From positions 39,743,085 to 39,807,084 of the forward strand of contig NC_068998.1 in assembly GCF_001194135.2 (NCBI RefSeq): a stretch of 64,000 nt of DNA, given 5' to 3'. Below are positions 25,401 to 37,860 of this stretch, one piece after another. The notes under the pieces are model-generated. The model was not told the origin of the DNA. It did no database searches and worked only from the letters and a program-made list of their open reading frames with translations. The DNA is from Octopus bimaculoides (Eukaryota). Positions within the stretch are counted from its first letter, which is position 1, and each line of letters opens with the position of its first letter. Made by a program: the position numbers and the translations under genes.

Positions 25401-27134
25401 GTAACAGGAATTAAAAAAAAAAAGTCCAAGATTTATTGTATGAAATATGTCATTTTATTTATTTATACTTTTAGCATGTTATTGCTGCAACACAACCTAG
25501 ACACGAGTAGGTTTGATTTTTAGGTAAGAAATATAATATTCGATAGATTAATTACTAGTTAGTAGGTTCAGGCAAAAACTACGCTTTTTTCCCACATTAA
25601 GACTTTCTTACTGCTTTTTCGTTTCTAGGACACTATGAAAGTGAAAGCATTTATCTCGTGAAAAGTAGGTGTTTTCCGAGCCAAAAGACACGAGTGATTT
25701 TTCCTTTATTATAAACAATGAAAACATTTTCTGAGAAAATGAAACTATTAAAGAATGAATGTGAACCGTAATGTGCCTGTTAAATACAGTAGTGCTGTTC
25801 AAACTTTTTTTTACTATCGCCCCTAACACTGTTTCTAGACCCCGTAGCTACATTCAATGCCCTCCCACCCCACATTTTTAACATACATGCACGTAATATC
25901 AGGCAAAAATAATTTAGTTCCAAGTACTGGTCTAATGCTGGTGACTACTTCCACAACATTTCCTTACTTCCTGTAAGGGAATGCTATAAGAATAGATGGT
26001 ATATATTCAGTTTTGTTTATTTGCTTATTTACATTTCAAAGTCTGATGTCGTGATTATGCCTAACAAGCATTTTATTACCGTATTAAAAAAGTTTTCATT
26101 TGATACTTAAATGGAAAACAAAGACTTTAAAAAAACTATACAGATGCACCCAGCCATGCCCTCTGTCTCTGATACTCTTGTAAATTTTCCCACTGTTCCA
26201 CTTCCAGCAATGCTGTACAACATCTAATATGTTGTTCTCATTATTAAGTTAGCTCTGCCAAATGTTTAGTGATTGCATTCATAACTAACATGATTATTGT
26301 TTAAAACCAAGTGGACTCTACTAAAGGCACCCAAGGACCAGTTGATAATGTTAAATTGGGCAACAGTTTAAAGATATTATTCAAGAACATAGGACACAAA
26401 GAAATGGAATAAATATCATAATCTGTCTCATCCAATGCTTTACTAATTCTGCTCTGGAATGACATTTTATTTTATTGACTCCTGCAAAAAATAAAAGTAA
26501 AATTTATATTGGCATGATTTGATCTCACTGTGCAGAGAATTGTAATAGGATATTTCATCTTACAATCTGCCAACAACCATACTCATTTGTCATCTTGGAT
26601 AAGTTCTTATGCTGGGCAAGAGGTGGGTGTCTGATGTTTTGGGACTGACCCTTTGTCTAAAAGGGAAAGGATTTTTCAATTCGGGTTTCTATATAGTAGT
26701 GAGAATGAGAATATAGCAAGACAGGGCCAGGAGAGAGGGGATGAATATAGGAAATGTTTGGAGCTGTTGTATAAAATAAAAACGATAAAAAGTAACAAGT
26801 TCCATATTTGCATTGTTATAACAAAGTTCAATGAGTGTATGTATGTGTGAGTGGGGTAATGAATATGGATGTGTAGTTAGTGGACAGGTGACGAAATTTA
26901 GGGTGTGTGCTTGTGAGAACAACGAAAATAATTGCTAGATGCAGGGTAAAAGTACACCAGTGACAATGTTCAGATTGTGTGTTTAGTTGAGTGGAATACC
27001 ATAGTTTTAATAACAACACACTCTGTGATTCTGCTCTTAAACCTTTCCGTGAAAATAATAATACAGAGCTCTTTGTTAAATTTTTCGAATTAATCGACAG
27101 TTCTGCTCTTCTAAACCTCGTCATATTTTTATTT

Positions 27135-27400
27135 TATCTATCTTTTACTTGTTTCACTCATTAGATTGTGACCATGCTGGGGCACTTCCTTAAAGGGTTG
27201 TGGTTGAATCAATTTACCCCACTACTTCTTTTTAAGCTTGGTACTTATTCTATCGATCTCTTTTTACCAAACCACTTAGTTACAGAGATGTAAATGAACA
27301 CCAGATGTCAAGCGGTGGTGGGGGACAGACAAGCGCATTTCAGTTTCCGTCTACCAAATCCATACACAAGGCTTTGGTCGGCCCGGAACTGAACTCAAAA
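27135..27400 (-). mobile_element. SINE family B copy, 5'-truncated
   Basis: CTTGTTTCACTCATT...ACCATGCTGG...CAGTTTCCGTCTACCAAATCC...GGCTTTGGTCGGCCCG. Confidence 0.8.
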
Positions 27401-28239
27401 TCATGTCGTTTGAAAACAAATTTCTTTCTATACAGCCACGCATAAAAATAATTTTCTATTGCCTTGGTATTTTTATTTACGAAAGGAATCCCAGACAAAC
27501 AATATTCCAAGAATTAACATTTGCCTTTTTTTTTTTTTTTTTTTTTCCGAATTAGTAATTCTGATTTTGGTATTAAAAGGGTTAATTATAAATTAACAAT
27601 CGATATAAAAATGCTCTGTTACGGGTTAGTAGTAAGGGTTTGAAAACTATGGAAAATCATTTCCTTGGGAAAGTCCATCTAGAGTTGTCCCCCCTTATAG
27701 AAAGTGTTTAACTTATAAAAGCTGGTAGTCCTGTGTTGTGAATTGGCAGATTTGTTCGTGTCTGATAAGATAACTTGCAGTATCTGTTGTGGCACTTTGT
27801 GTTCTAAGTTTAAATTATGCCTCTTTGCGGTGAGGAACGGAGCATTCAAGCCCCAGCTAACAGTGACAGACCTCCAATATCAGACAGATTATTTATTATT
27901 ATTTTTTCAATTATGGCTGGGTTCCAACCTGAGCCGTTACTGGAAAGAACAGTAAGAATGCAGAGGGTTTGGGTTTGGCACCTGTGTAGCAGACAGGTAT
28001 GTATAAATGCAATTGTGTGTGTGAATATATATATATATATCGCCTGTGTTAGAATGGGGGCAGCTGATGAAGGAAAATGTTCTCTATGTGGCCTGTGAGT
28101 TTTCTGTACTCAGGTTATTATTATTTTTTTGTCTACGTTTTGTTTGCAATGTCCTGTACCCAGATATGCACCTATATATACAGGTAGATGTAGGTATACA
28201 CATACTTGTACGTATATATGCATATACTCATTTATTATT

Positions 28240-28276
<37 letters not shown>

Positions 28277-29233
28277 CACACACACATAAACAGACACGCG
28301 CACACATATACAACTTTAAAGAGGAAATTTATGTTTTGTTATTTTGACTGTGTCTCATAAAGCCTATCTCAAATCTCATTGAGAGATTCAAAAAAGAAAA
28401 CAAGAGATAGGTTTATAATTTACTGGTGATGTCTATTAGTTACAGGAAGTAAAAACAATTGGCTATATTTTGGTAAAGTTTAGTAACTAGAATTATTTCT
28501 GCTTCTTGTAACAAACAAACGTTTTGCCATTTATAAGCCACAAATAAGGTGGCCCATCCAAGTGGGCAAACATTCATCTTCTCAACACAAACAAAAATCC
28601 ACTGATAATTACCATATTAACTCCTTTATTTATTTATTTATTTAGTCGTTTGTTCTCTCTCAAACAGTAATACTCACCTATCTTATGGTTGACCATTAAG
28701 TCAACCCTTCAGTGGTAAATGTTACATGCTGACCTTTATTCAGAATCTCTCTTGTCTACAATGAAACGTGAACCTTGTGTCAGTTAGCTAATTTTATTCC
28801 TCTTGTCAAATAGGAGCCAACTTTCACGAAGAAATTTATCTCTTGAAGGCCAAGATGTCATCACGTTGGTTGGATTATCCTCCTTCATCTTCATGCTGTT
28901 CTTGTTGTTGTGCTTGATGTAGGCTTACTTGGCCAGCAATTTGTGTTGTGGGTTTTAACACTTCCAACCAATTTCAAGTTATTTCATGTTCATGGGAAAA
29001 ACTTTTTGTTTTCAATAGTTGTGATTTTTTGTTTGTTTGTTTTTTGTATTGTTAACTTCATCAGTAGAAATGAAAGCAGCTAAATGACCTAAATGTGCAA
29101 CATTAAATATATGTGTCAGTGGCCTTGTAATTAAGAATGTTACTACCATTAGTTTAAATATAACAGTCCCAAATTCAAATCGAGTCTAGTACTATATATA
29201 TATGTATATATATATACAAACACACACACACAT

Positions 29234-29582
29234 TCTTTTACTTGTTTCAGTCATTTGACTGTGGCCATGCTGGAGCACTGCCTTTAGTCAAGCAAATCAA
29301 CCCCAGGACTTATTCTTTTTAAGCCTAGTACTTATTCTATCGGTCTCTCTTGCTGAACTGCTAAGTTATGGGAATGTAAACACACCAACATTGGTTGTCA
29401 AGCGATGGTGGGGGGACAAACACACATACACACACATGACTGGCTTCTTTCAGTTTCCGTCTACCAAATCCACTCACAAGGCTTTGGTCGGCCCGAGGCT
29501 ATAGGAGAAGACACTTGCCCAAGGTGCCACGCAGTGGGATTGAACCTGGAACCATGTGGTTGGTAAGCAAGCTACTTACCAC
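29234..29582 (-). mobile_element. SINE family B copy, near full length
   Basis: tRNA-like head GTGGTAAGTAGCTTGCTTACCAACCACATGGTTCCAGGTTCAATCCC on the minus strand; tail ...CTGAAACAAGTAAAAGA. Confidence 0.88.
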
Positions 29583-29633
29583 ATAGAAATGAGAAACCTG
29601 ATAGATTTTCTTTTGTGATGAAACACATTATAG

Positions 29634-29926
29634 TGGTTCTGGGTTCAGTCCCGCTGTGTGGCACTTTGGCCAAGTCTTCTACTATAGCTTTGGGCTGACC
29701 AAAGCCTTGTGAGTGGATTTGGTCGTTGGAAACTGAAAGAAGCCCGTCGTATATGTCTATATCTAAATGTGTGTCTTTGTGTCTGTTTGACCCTTCTATC
29801 ACTGCTTGACAACTGGTGTTGGTGTGTTTACATCCCCATAAGTCCTGGGGTCAATTTGTTTAACTAAAACCCTTCAAACTGGTACTCCAGCATGGCTGCA
29901 GTCAAATAACTGAAACAAGTAAAAAG
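29634..29926 (+). mobile_element. SINE family B copy, head-to-head with the previous one
   Basis: TGGTTCTGGGTTCAGTCCC...CCAAAGCCTTGTGAGTGGATTTGG...CAGTCAAATAACTGAAACAAGTAAAAAG; internal deletion of roughly 55 bp. Confidence 0.88.
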
Positions 29927-32800
29927 AAGAATCAATGCATGAGGACGTCTGATAGTGGTTAATAAAGAGATATGTATTGAGTACTTTTTCCTCTATCCAT
30001 AAATTCAGCCCCACCCCCACCCATGCATACATGCACACACACTAACAAGTATTGCTTATGATAAGACATTATATATACATTTATTCATTATGTATTTGAT
30101 AGGTCTTTCAGGTTTCCATATATAAAACTTGTTAAACTGTTGCTTTGGTTGTATAGCGTGCTGCCATATCTGTGCTGGTGCCATGTAGTAATGCCTGTGC
30201 CAGTGCCACATGAAAAGCACCTAGCACACTCTAGGTAAAGTGGTTGCTGTTAGGAAGTGCATCCAACCATAGAAACCAAACCAAATCAGATTGGAGCCTG
30301 GTGCAGCTCTCCTGCTTGCCAGTTCTGGTCAAACCATCCAATCCATGCCAGTATGGAAAATAGATGTTAAATGATGATGATCACACACACACACACACAC
30401 ACATTCACAAAGGCTTCTGATGTGACATTTGCCAGTGACAACTGTTTCATTTTAAACTACCCCCCCCCATCCCCTCGTCATTTTTATTTATATACACTCC
30501 CTTACTACTCCCCACTACCACCACCATGACTGCTTCTCACTTCAACACAGCAGTTGTATGTAATAAGTAAGTTGCCATCATCACAAGTTTGTTATTATCC
30601 ATCCACATTGCTCCTGTCTTGAGATTCCATTAAAATAGGAGACATTGCCTCCCTCAAGGGACATTTTTTTCTCCTTGTAGTCAATGTTATCTTTAGGTTG
30701 ATCTTGTCATTTCACAGCTGTGCAAAATCTTGCCACATATTGAAGCAAGGAACTGATGTCTTTGACAGACAAATTCCAAGCCTGCTTTTCTATTGACTGG
30801 CTTGTTGAAACTGTCTAGAAATGTAATTTTTCTCCTAAGATGGCAGAAATGGTAACATACCAGACTTAAGTTTATTATACATTTGTAGCCAGTTAACAAC
30901 AGTGCTATTGGGTGTAGGTTTTCAATGAACCAATCACTTGCTCATCGTATTTTTAACAGTGACTAGGGAATGTCTCTGGAACTTGGGATGGAACAAATAC
31001 CAGAGGGTATTTTTATTAGAAAGCAACAGTTTGCGTTGGCTTCTATTTTGCTGGTGTTTATATTCTTCACTGATGCACACCAAACCCCACACGTTCATTT
31101 GTTTTATGTCTGTTTATCTATGTTAGCACAAGTTAGATGAATACATATTATTGAGACAACCTTTTACAGCCAGGTGACCTAGTTGCTAACTCTTAACTGT
31201 TTTTCAAGTAAGGAATATTTTCATCAAACTTCTCACTTGTTTACAAAAAAAGACAGAGCTAGCATATAATTTGTAGACAAGGAATTAAAAAACATTGCAT
31301 GCACACACACACACTTTTATGTGTACGTGTGTGTGTGTTTAATATCATCAATTTAATGTCTACTTTTCCATGTATGCATGAGTTAGTTGGAATTCATTGG
31401 GGTAGAATTTCCATGGCTGGTTGCCCATTCTGTCACCACTCTTCACCCGTTTCTAAGTAAGGTAATATTTCCCCATGGCCAAACATGTTTCCATGGAAGA
31501 TTGGAAATGAAGGACACAGCTTGTATGAAGGTGACACTCATTTACAGATATCACATAATGTCCGGGCAAGGGGACTCACACACACACACACAAATCTGTA
31601 GGTAGATATATGGTGGGCTTCTTCCAAGTACCCTTAGTTAAAAAGTTCAATTAAGTGCTCCAGGCTTTATTCAGTATGGAGAGTGATGTAATTCATTCAT
31701 GGAGAATTTCTCTATGATTCACTGATTGGTTCAACCCAACGATAATATCCATTGAGTAGAAATGATTCTGTGCGTCTGAGAGAAGTAAAAGCTCTGTGAA
31801 TAAATTGTATGTATCATCATCATTTGGTGTCCATTTTCCATGTTGGCATGGGTAAGATGGTTTGACTGGGGCTTGTAAGCTGGAGAGCTGCACCAAGCTC
31901 TAGTCTGTTTTGGCTTGGTTCTGCAGCTGGATGCCCTTCGTATCGCAAACCACTCCACAGAATGTGCTGGGTGTCTTGTGTGTCACCTGCACAGGTGCCT
32001 TTTACTTCTCACCGGCACTGGCCATGATCACGATTTCACTTAGCTTGATGTGTCTTCTCAAGCACAACAAATTACCAGAAGTCTCAGTCACTTGTCATTG
32101 CCTAGAATAGGTGCAAATATCTATGTATGTATGTACATGGATGGATGGTATATATGTGTACACATATATATATGTATGATGTGTGTTTGCCATGAAAAAC
32201 TGTACTCTGTACACTATGTAAAGTAGTTGACCGTATATCTGGGCCTATTTTTGTTCAGCATGTACCTTAAGACAGTAGGGTGTGATCTGAGGAAGATTTA
32301 TCTGTTATTTCTAGCAGGTCAAGCAGCTTCATAGAACCTCCTTTGTTGGCTTGTTTAGGACTTGGGGTTAGCAGTGAGGTGAAGCAGAGGTGGGGATGAG
32401 GATGGAACATGAAATGAATTTTAGTTATAAATGGTGTAAATAATGATAGTTGTGATAGTGACGACGACGATGATGGTGGTAGTGGTGGTGATGCTGATGC
32501 TGATGATGTTGTCGGTGGTGGTGGTGATGATGATGATGAGGGTGCTGAACTTGATACAGAGATAATGATGAATGATGATGTTGATAATAATGGTGGTGAT
32601 GACAATGGTATTGATAGTGGTAGTGAGGAGGAGGAGGACACTGACACAGGTAGTTATGATGAGGATGATGAAGTTGATAATGGTGGTGGTGCAGCCAGGA
32701 GAAGGAGAAGGAGGATACTACAATTTTTTTTTTTTTTTCATCTTTAATTTTTGTTTCCTTTCTACCATTTCAGCTGAGTAAAATCAAGAATCTTTAGAAG

Positions 32801-32977
32801 ATGGCATCAAATACTTTTCGCAGCCAGGCCATTGCTGCAGTTGTTGTCTCTGTCACAGCTGTCATCAAAGCCATTCCTGAGACTTTGGGAATTAACAAAT
32901 ACAAAGAATTTTTCCAGTTCTATGATGCAACAAAACCAAAACCAATAGACAATGACACCAATGAACTTTTAGAAGAG
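32801..32977 (+). CDS. TMEM177: TMEM177 coding exon 1 (59 codons)
   Basis: Acceptor TTTCAG ends at 32773; ATG at 32801; MASNTFRSQAIAAVVVSVTAVIKAIPETLGINKYKEFFQFYDATKPKPIDNDTNELLEE; phase-0 donor GAG|GTAGGT at 32978 joins in frame to 34083. Confidence 0.88.
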
Positions 32978-33180
32978 GTAGGTTTCTCTGTAAGACATGC
33001 AGCCAGGTTCTCTTCCTCTTCTTTTCTTCTTCCTCCACTCACTCCCCTTCCCCTCCTCTTTTTCTTATTGAGTCAAAAAAGTAAAACACCAGTCAATTAC
33101 TGGGATCACTAATTGTCCACTCTCTCTCTTTACAAAAATTACTGGCCTTGTGCCTATAATAAAAAAAGAAGAGGATTATT

Positions 33181-33750
33181 GTTGTTATTTTATTGTCTTT
33201 GCACAACCTCTAATGCTGGAGATGTACTATGGTATGAGCTGTTCACTACCACTGAACTAAGATAACACCCTTTAGTTTTCAAGCACCATCCAGAGTTTTC
33301 AAGCGATTCCAAGCAGTGCTGTTTTCTGCAATTGCTCCAACCTTATTGCAGCCCCTATTTGTTCCAGGTACTTCTCAAGATTTTTACTCACTGTTCCTGG
33401 GGCTCCAATAATTATTGGTACTACAACCACCTTTTTCAGCAACCACAACTGCTTAACCTCCCAAGCTAACCTGTCAAATCTATCAACTTTTCTTTCTTCT
33501 TTATCATATACCCTGTTGTCAGCTGGGCATGCTATGTCTCTGACCCAGCATCGTTTGCTTTCTTTCTCAATTAACACTATGTCTGGTTTCCTTTTCCCTC
33601 TCATGGTCACACTGGATCATAAAATCCCATGGGATATTTGCATTATCATATTCAATGATGCCTTTGGGTTTATGTTCATACCACTTTTTTGCTCTGTCAA
33701 GTCCTTACTTGTTGCAAAGTGTCCAATGGACAATCCTTGCTATGTTGTGT
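33181..33750 (-). mobile_element. 3' end of an RLE-type non-LTR retrotransposon (R4/Dong-like) in the TMEM177 coding intron
   Basis: HNIARIVHWTLC...WYEHKP...PWDFMIQCD then KPDIVLIEKESKRCWVRDIACP...VVPIIIGAPG...LQKTALLG, the PD..D restriction-like endonuclease signature; short AAT/AAC-type tail near 33181. Confidence 0.85.
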
Positions 33751-33774
33751 CTATAGTAGAAAGGTATCTAAAGA

Positions 33775-33985
33775 TGGCAAGCTGGCAGAATCTTTAGCAT
33801 GCCAGGCAAAATCTTAGGGCATTTTGTCTGTCTTTACATTCTGTGTTCAAATTCTGCCGAGTTCAACATTGCCTTTCATCTTTTCGGCGTCAATAAAATA
33901 AGTACCAGTTGAGTACTGGGTCAATGTGATTTACTAGCACCCATCCCCAAAATTGTAAGCCTTGTGCTTATAATAGAAACAGTTA
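33775..33985 (+). mobile_element. SINE family A copy about 100 bp upstream of the TMEM177 exon 2 acceptor
   Basis: GGCAAGCTGGCAGAATCTTTAGC...GTTCAAATTCTGCCGAG...ATT-repeat tail. Confidence 0.8.
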
Positions 33986-34082
33986 TTATTATTATCATTA
34001 TTATTATTTTGTTCAAATGTTTTATTGTTGTTGTTTTTTGGCATTTATTCAATGTTCTTATTTTTCTTCTTTGTCTTTACAG

Positions 34083-34826
34083 ACACTTTTCAAAATAAAC
34101 CTTGATCCTCAATTGGAGAGCAGACTTGAAATGTTTGTTAACTATGGCCAGGACATCATACACAAAGGTAGTTTACACATGAAGAGTGGTGCCATAATCG
34201 GCCTCCCGATCTTCTTCAGCTACAAAGAATTGTCAGACATCCATACAGCACACCTAAAACTGAAAAACAAATCTATTGATTGGAATACTGAAAATGGACA
34301 GAAATTTTCAAATTCTATAATTATGAGCAACAAAGCTAAAAAGTTTGCTATTGCACGAGAAATTCATTATGTTGCAGACCACAACATCGCCATTGAGTGC
34401 GGTCTATTGGTGTTCAACATGAGTGCTGTTTATTGTGCTTATTTTGCAATGGATGGCCTTTATCGCCTCAATCAAAAGATGAAGTTGTTTGGCAAGGTTT
34501 TCTTGGCTAGTTCCTTCTACCTTATGGCCTTAGGAAGCTACTTATTTATGTATGATATTTACCAGCGCCGGAGAGACCGGCATGCCGATTCAAAAGCTGC
34601 AAAATTAGGGAAGGATTATATTGAAGGAGGAATAGAATTTTATAACTTGTTGCTGCAAAGAAATGCAGCATTGTATGCTTTGCTTGGTGAAGATGGCAAG
34701 AAAATTTACACACCATTTGGCAACACAAAGATTTCTGTTCGAATGAAATCTCTACCAATAACTGCTCGAAGAGATTTTATGAAAGAAATTCTTGCTAAAG
34801 AATCAGAGGAGAAACTGCAGAGTTGA
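34083..34826 (+). CDS. TMEM177: TMEM177 coding exon 2 (terminal); full protein 306 aa, mitochondrial inner-membrane family
   Basis: Polypyrimidine tract and CAG acceptor ending at 34082. Motifs GAIIGLP, IDWNTENG, AKKFAIAREI, YIEGGIEFY, NAALYALLGEDGKKIYTPFGN and LPITARRD match the TMEM177 family (human AQKFALAREV, GGVEFYEKLL, LLGKDGEKLYTPSGN, LPYTTRRD). Confidence 0.93.
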   Translation, partial: TLFKINLDPQLESRLEMFVNYGQDIIHKGSLHMKSGAIIGLPIFFSYKELSDIHTAHLKLKNKSIDWNTENGQKFSNSIIMSNKAKKFAIAREIHYVADHNIAIECGLLVFNMSAVYCAYFAMDGLYRLNQKMKLFGKVFLASSFYLMALGSYLFMYDIYQRRRDRHADSKAAKLGKDYIEGGIEFYNLLLQRNAALYALLGEDGKKIYTPFGNTKISVRMKSLPITARRDFMKEILAKESEEKLQS

Positions 34827-35479
34827 TGTTGATCCAATTATTTTGAAATTAATAATAAAAAAAAAAATGAAGTATCTTTGAAACATGTCAGCTTGAGAAG
34901 GCATCTGAGACAAGAACTTTTGGTGTTTTGTTTTTAACCCATTCACTACCATAATGTTCACAACTTGGATCTCTGCTGTTCATTCATTTCACATTTATTT
35001 TTCTATAGTAACATGAGTAAGATGAACGCATATTATTGAAGTATTATTTTACAGCTGATACCGTTCTTGTTACTAACCCTTATCTGTTGTTCACGTAAGG
35101 GACCTCTTTTGTTTCACTCATCTGAAAGTGCTGACCTAGTGAACAAGAAATTTCACTAACTTACACTGTTTCTAGCTCAACACTTTCATGCAGAGACACA
35201 TGTCCATGCCTACACAGACATAGATATTTATTATATATATGACAGGCTTCCAAACAGTTTCCATCTATCAAGTCCACACACAGGGCACTGTTCGCTTTTG
35301 GGCTACAGAAGATGCATTCCTAACATGCCATAGTGTGAGATAGAATTCCTTGTCAGCTTAAAATATCTCATTTAAAGTCTGTCATTTTCCCATGTATTAA
35401 CTACAGAATAAATCTTACTTAACTAAGTAAATATGGCAGTATGCTGGTTATTGAACTCATGTTACTTACAAAAGTCTCT

Positions 35480-35660
35480 TAGGGAGTCAGACTAAAGGGA
35501 CATGCAGTAATTTATCAGGGAGTTAAAGAGACAAACAGTAGATTGCTGGGAAGATAAAATAAAGGGACATGGTTGTCTGTTGGGGAATTAAACTAAAGGG
35601 ACAATAGTTTATTAGGGAGCTAAATTAAAGAGGCATACAGTAGTCTGTTGAGATAATATA
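35480..35660. repeat. Degenerate minisatellite, about 35-40-bp unit
   Basis: Recurring TAAAGGGACA...AGT...GGGAGTTAAA, about five units. Confidence 0.6.
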
Positions 35661-35960
35661 GAAGTAAATGTTATCTGCTATTAGATTCAGAAGGTTAGAA
35701 AGAAATGAAGTGTAGCATCATCTGTGTGGGAGTGGGCATTATTGGAGTTGATGGTAAGTCATTCATGTGCCAGAGGAAAAGTGTTATGGAACAAAACTGA
35801 ACCTTGAATGAAAGAACTAAAATACAAATATTAAAAATCAATAGTCATTATTTAATGAATGAGTTTATTGCTTAAAAAAATCCATCAAAATCTGATTTCC
35901 CCAAATAACTTCAATCATTTTCTTTGATTTAGCTTCCCACTGCTTGTAAATTATCTTCTT

Positions 35961-36313
35961 TGGCACTCCATCAGTCACAACGACGAGGGTTCCAGTTGAT
36001 CCGATCAACAGAACAACCTGCTCATGAAATTAACGTGCAAATGGCTGAGCATTCCACAGACACATGTACCCCTAACATAGTTCTTGTGGAGATTCAGCAT
36101 GACACATAGCGTGACAAGGACGGCCCTTTGAAATACAAGTACAACAGAAACATGAAAGAGTACGGCAGGGTTCACCACTACCACCTGCCGGAGCCTCATA
36201 GAGCTTTAGGTGTTTACGCTCAATAAACACTCACAATGCCTGGTCTGAGAATCGAAACCGTGATCCTATGACCACAAGTCCGCTGCCCTAACTATTGAGC
36301 CATTGTGCCTCCA
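35961..36313 (-). mobile_element. SINE family C copy
   Basis: Colinear with 10573-10905 along its length. Confidence 0.85.
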
Positions 36314-37624
36314 TGCTTGTAACTATATATTGTAGCAGTGTTGCTACAATATACAATACACATGCAATGTTTCATAATTGTAAACAATACAGTGTATACA
36401 CTAACCATAAGATGCCTTGGGGCTAAGTCTTCAATATCTTCATTTTCATAAGTTTGCATTAGTTTTTTTCTTATCCTCAAATGCTAGGCTATCTCATTTC
36501 CCCCCAGTTTGACCATGGTTATTTTTAAGAGTGGAACCCAAAGTAGACGAAAGTATAAAGAATAGCTTATAAGATATTTTGTTAAAAAACTCACTGGATA
36601 GAAAATGTTGAAGGGTATCCTTCAACTTTTTCTATTATCCAAGGGTTTTATTTTTAACCTAATATCCTTCATACTTTTATTTATGGCTTTACCTATTTCA
36701 AATTCCACTGTTAAGAATAATTTACTTCATATCTCTCAAAATTACTAAGTTCATATAATGTTAAACATGTTTATCTTATACAGGAGGCATTGTATTTAAT
36801 AAAATATCTTGTAATCTGAAGTTCTTTAATGCAAAATTAATTTTCCTATTGATTCCATGTATATGGAAGTCAAACAAAAGATATGTTTTGCATTATGGAA
36901 CACCTGCTTATGCAAAATTTTCATAAATGCAACATTTCTGCTCTACTGGGAATCCTGGAATTAAATTTCTCACATAAATAGATATGTTAGGTCATCTAAC
37001 AAGCAAAAGATATGTGGTCCTGTTTCTTGTTTGTGTTTATAATGAAAAAAACTATGGAAGCCATACTGGTGATGAATAAGGCAGGAGAGAGGTACATGTT
37101 GCTGTTAATAGGCATTTCCATCACCATTAAGTTGTTTGAAGTGGGTACAATATGATGGTAGTTAGAACCAGAACCAGAAGTATTATGTTTCTTGGGTATT
37201 GAACACTATTTCCAAAGATTGGGATATTCCCCAAGGGAGAGAAAGAGAGAGATTGAAGTATCTGGTGCAAGTTGGAGGGTGTATTATTTCAAGATAATAG
37301 AGCATTGTCAGGGCAGGTATCCTTGTTGGTTTGAAATGACTGAAGTTATTTTCATACTTGGCATGTATGTATATATGGTGGTGAGTTTGATGGAATGGAG
37401 ATTTCCCTTGTGTGTAGTGTGGAGCATGATGTATAGCAAGCGACAAATGGGAGAACTTCTTATAAAACCATCATCATTAAGAAAGTGGGGAAAGGTAAAT
37501 TCCACAAAGTTAACAGAGATCCTTTGTGCAAGTGACCAAAAGAAGGATCAACTGTAGTTTGGAAGATGGGAATACTTGTGGATTACCTAATGTAAAGAGT
37601 CATTCTTCATGGGTGACTGGATAA

Positions 37625-37860
37625 CTAAAATAAGATATAGAATAATAAGAGTGAAAAGGAAAATTTCAGTGCCAGAATGTCAAATTTTCCTTTTGAAGCT
37701 CTATTGCAAAGATTTTCTAAACAAAAGCAATAGAATTTAGGTTCCTCAACAGTTGGAATTTGGCTAATATTGCGACATCCTTCTTGGTAATTTATATCTA
37801 AAAGATCGAAGTACTGTTCCTGTTCAGAAGTGACACATCTGCGATCAGCTTTAAAAGGAT
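37625..37860 (-). CDS. Ly6/uPAR three-finger gene, exon 3 (second half of LU domain plus GPI signal)
   Basis: Acceptor TTATTATTTTCAG; phase-1 entry gives (D)PFKADRRCVTSEQEQYFDLLDINYQEGCRNISQIPTVEEPKFYCFCLENLCNRASKGKFDILALKFSFSLLLFYILF then TAG at 37627-37625. CxCxxxxCN closing motif and a hydrophobic C-terminal tail. Confidence 0.88.

Noticed and set aside
28814-28922. Possible exon (acceptor at 28813, hydrophobic frame)
   Set aside because: All phase-compatible frames stop, and there is no homology recognised.
32267-32781. Acidic or Ser-rich ORFs (MMNDDVDNNGGDD...)
   Set aside because: GAT/GGT/GAG trinucleotide tracts just upstream of the TMEM177 acceptor; no splice-compatible link to the CDS.
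37192-37557. 121-aa plus-strand ORF
   Set aside because: No recognisable motif; lies antisense in the probable Ly6 3' UTR.
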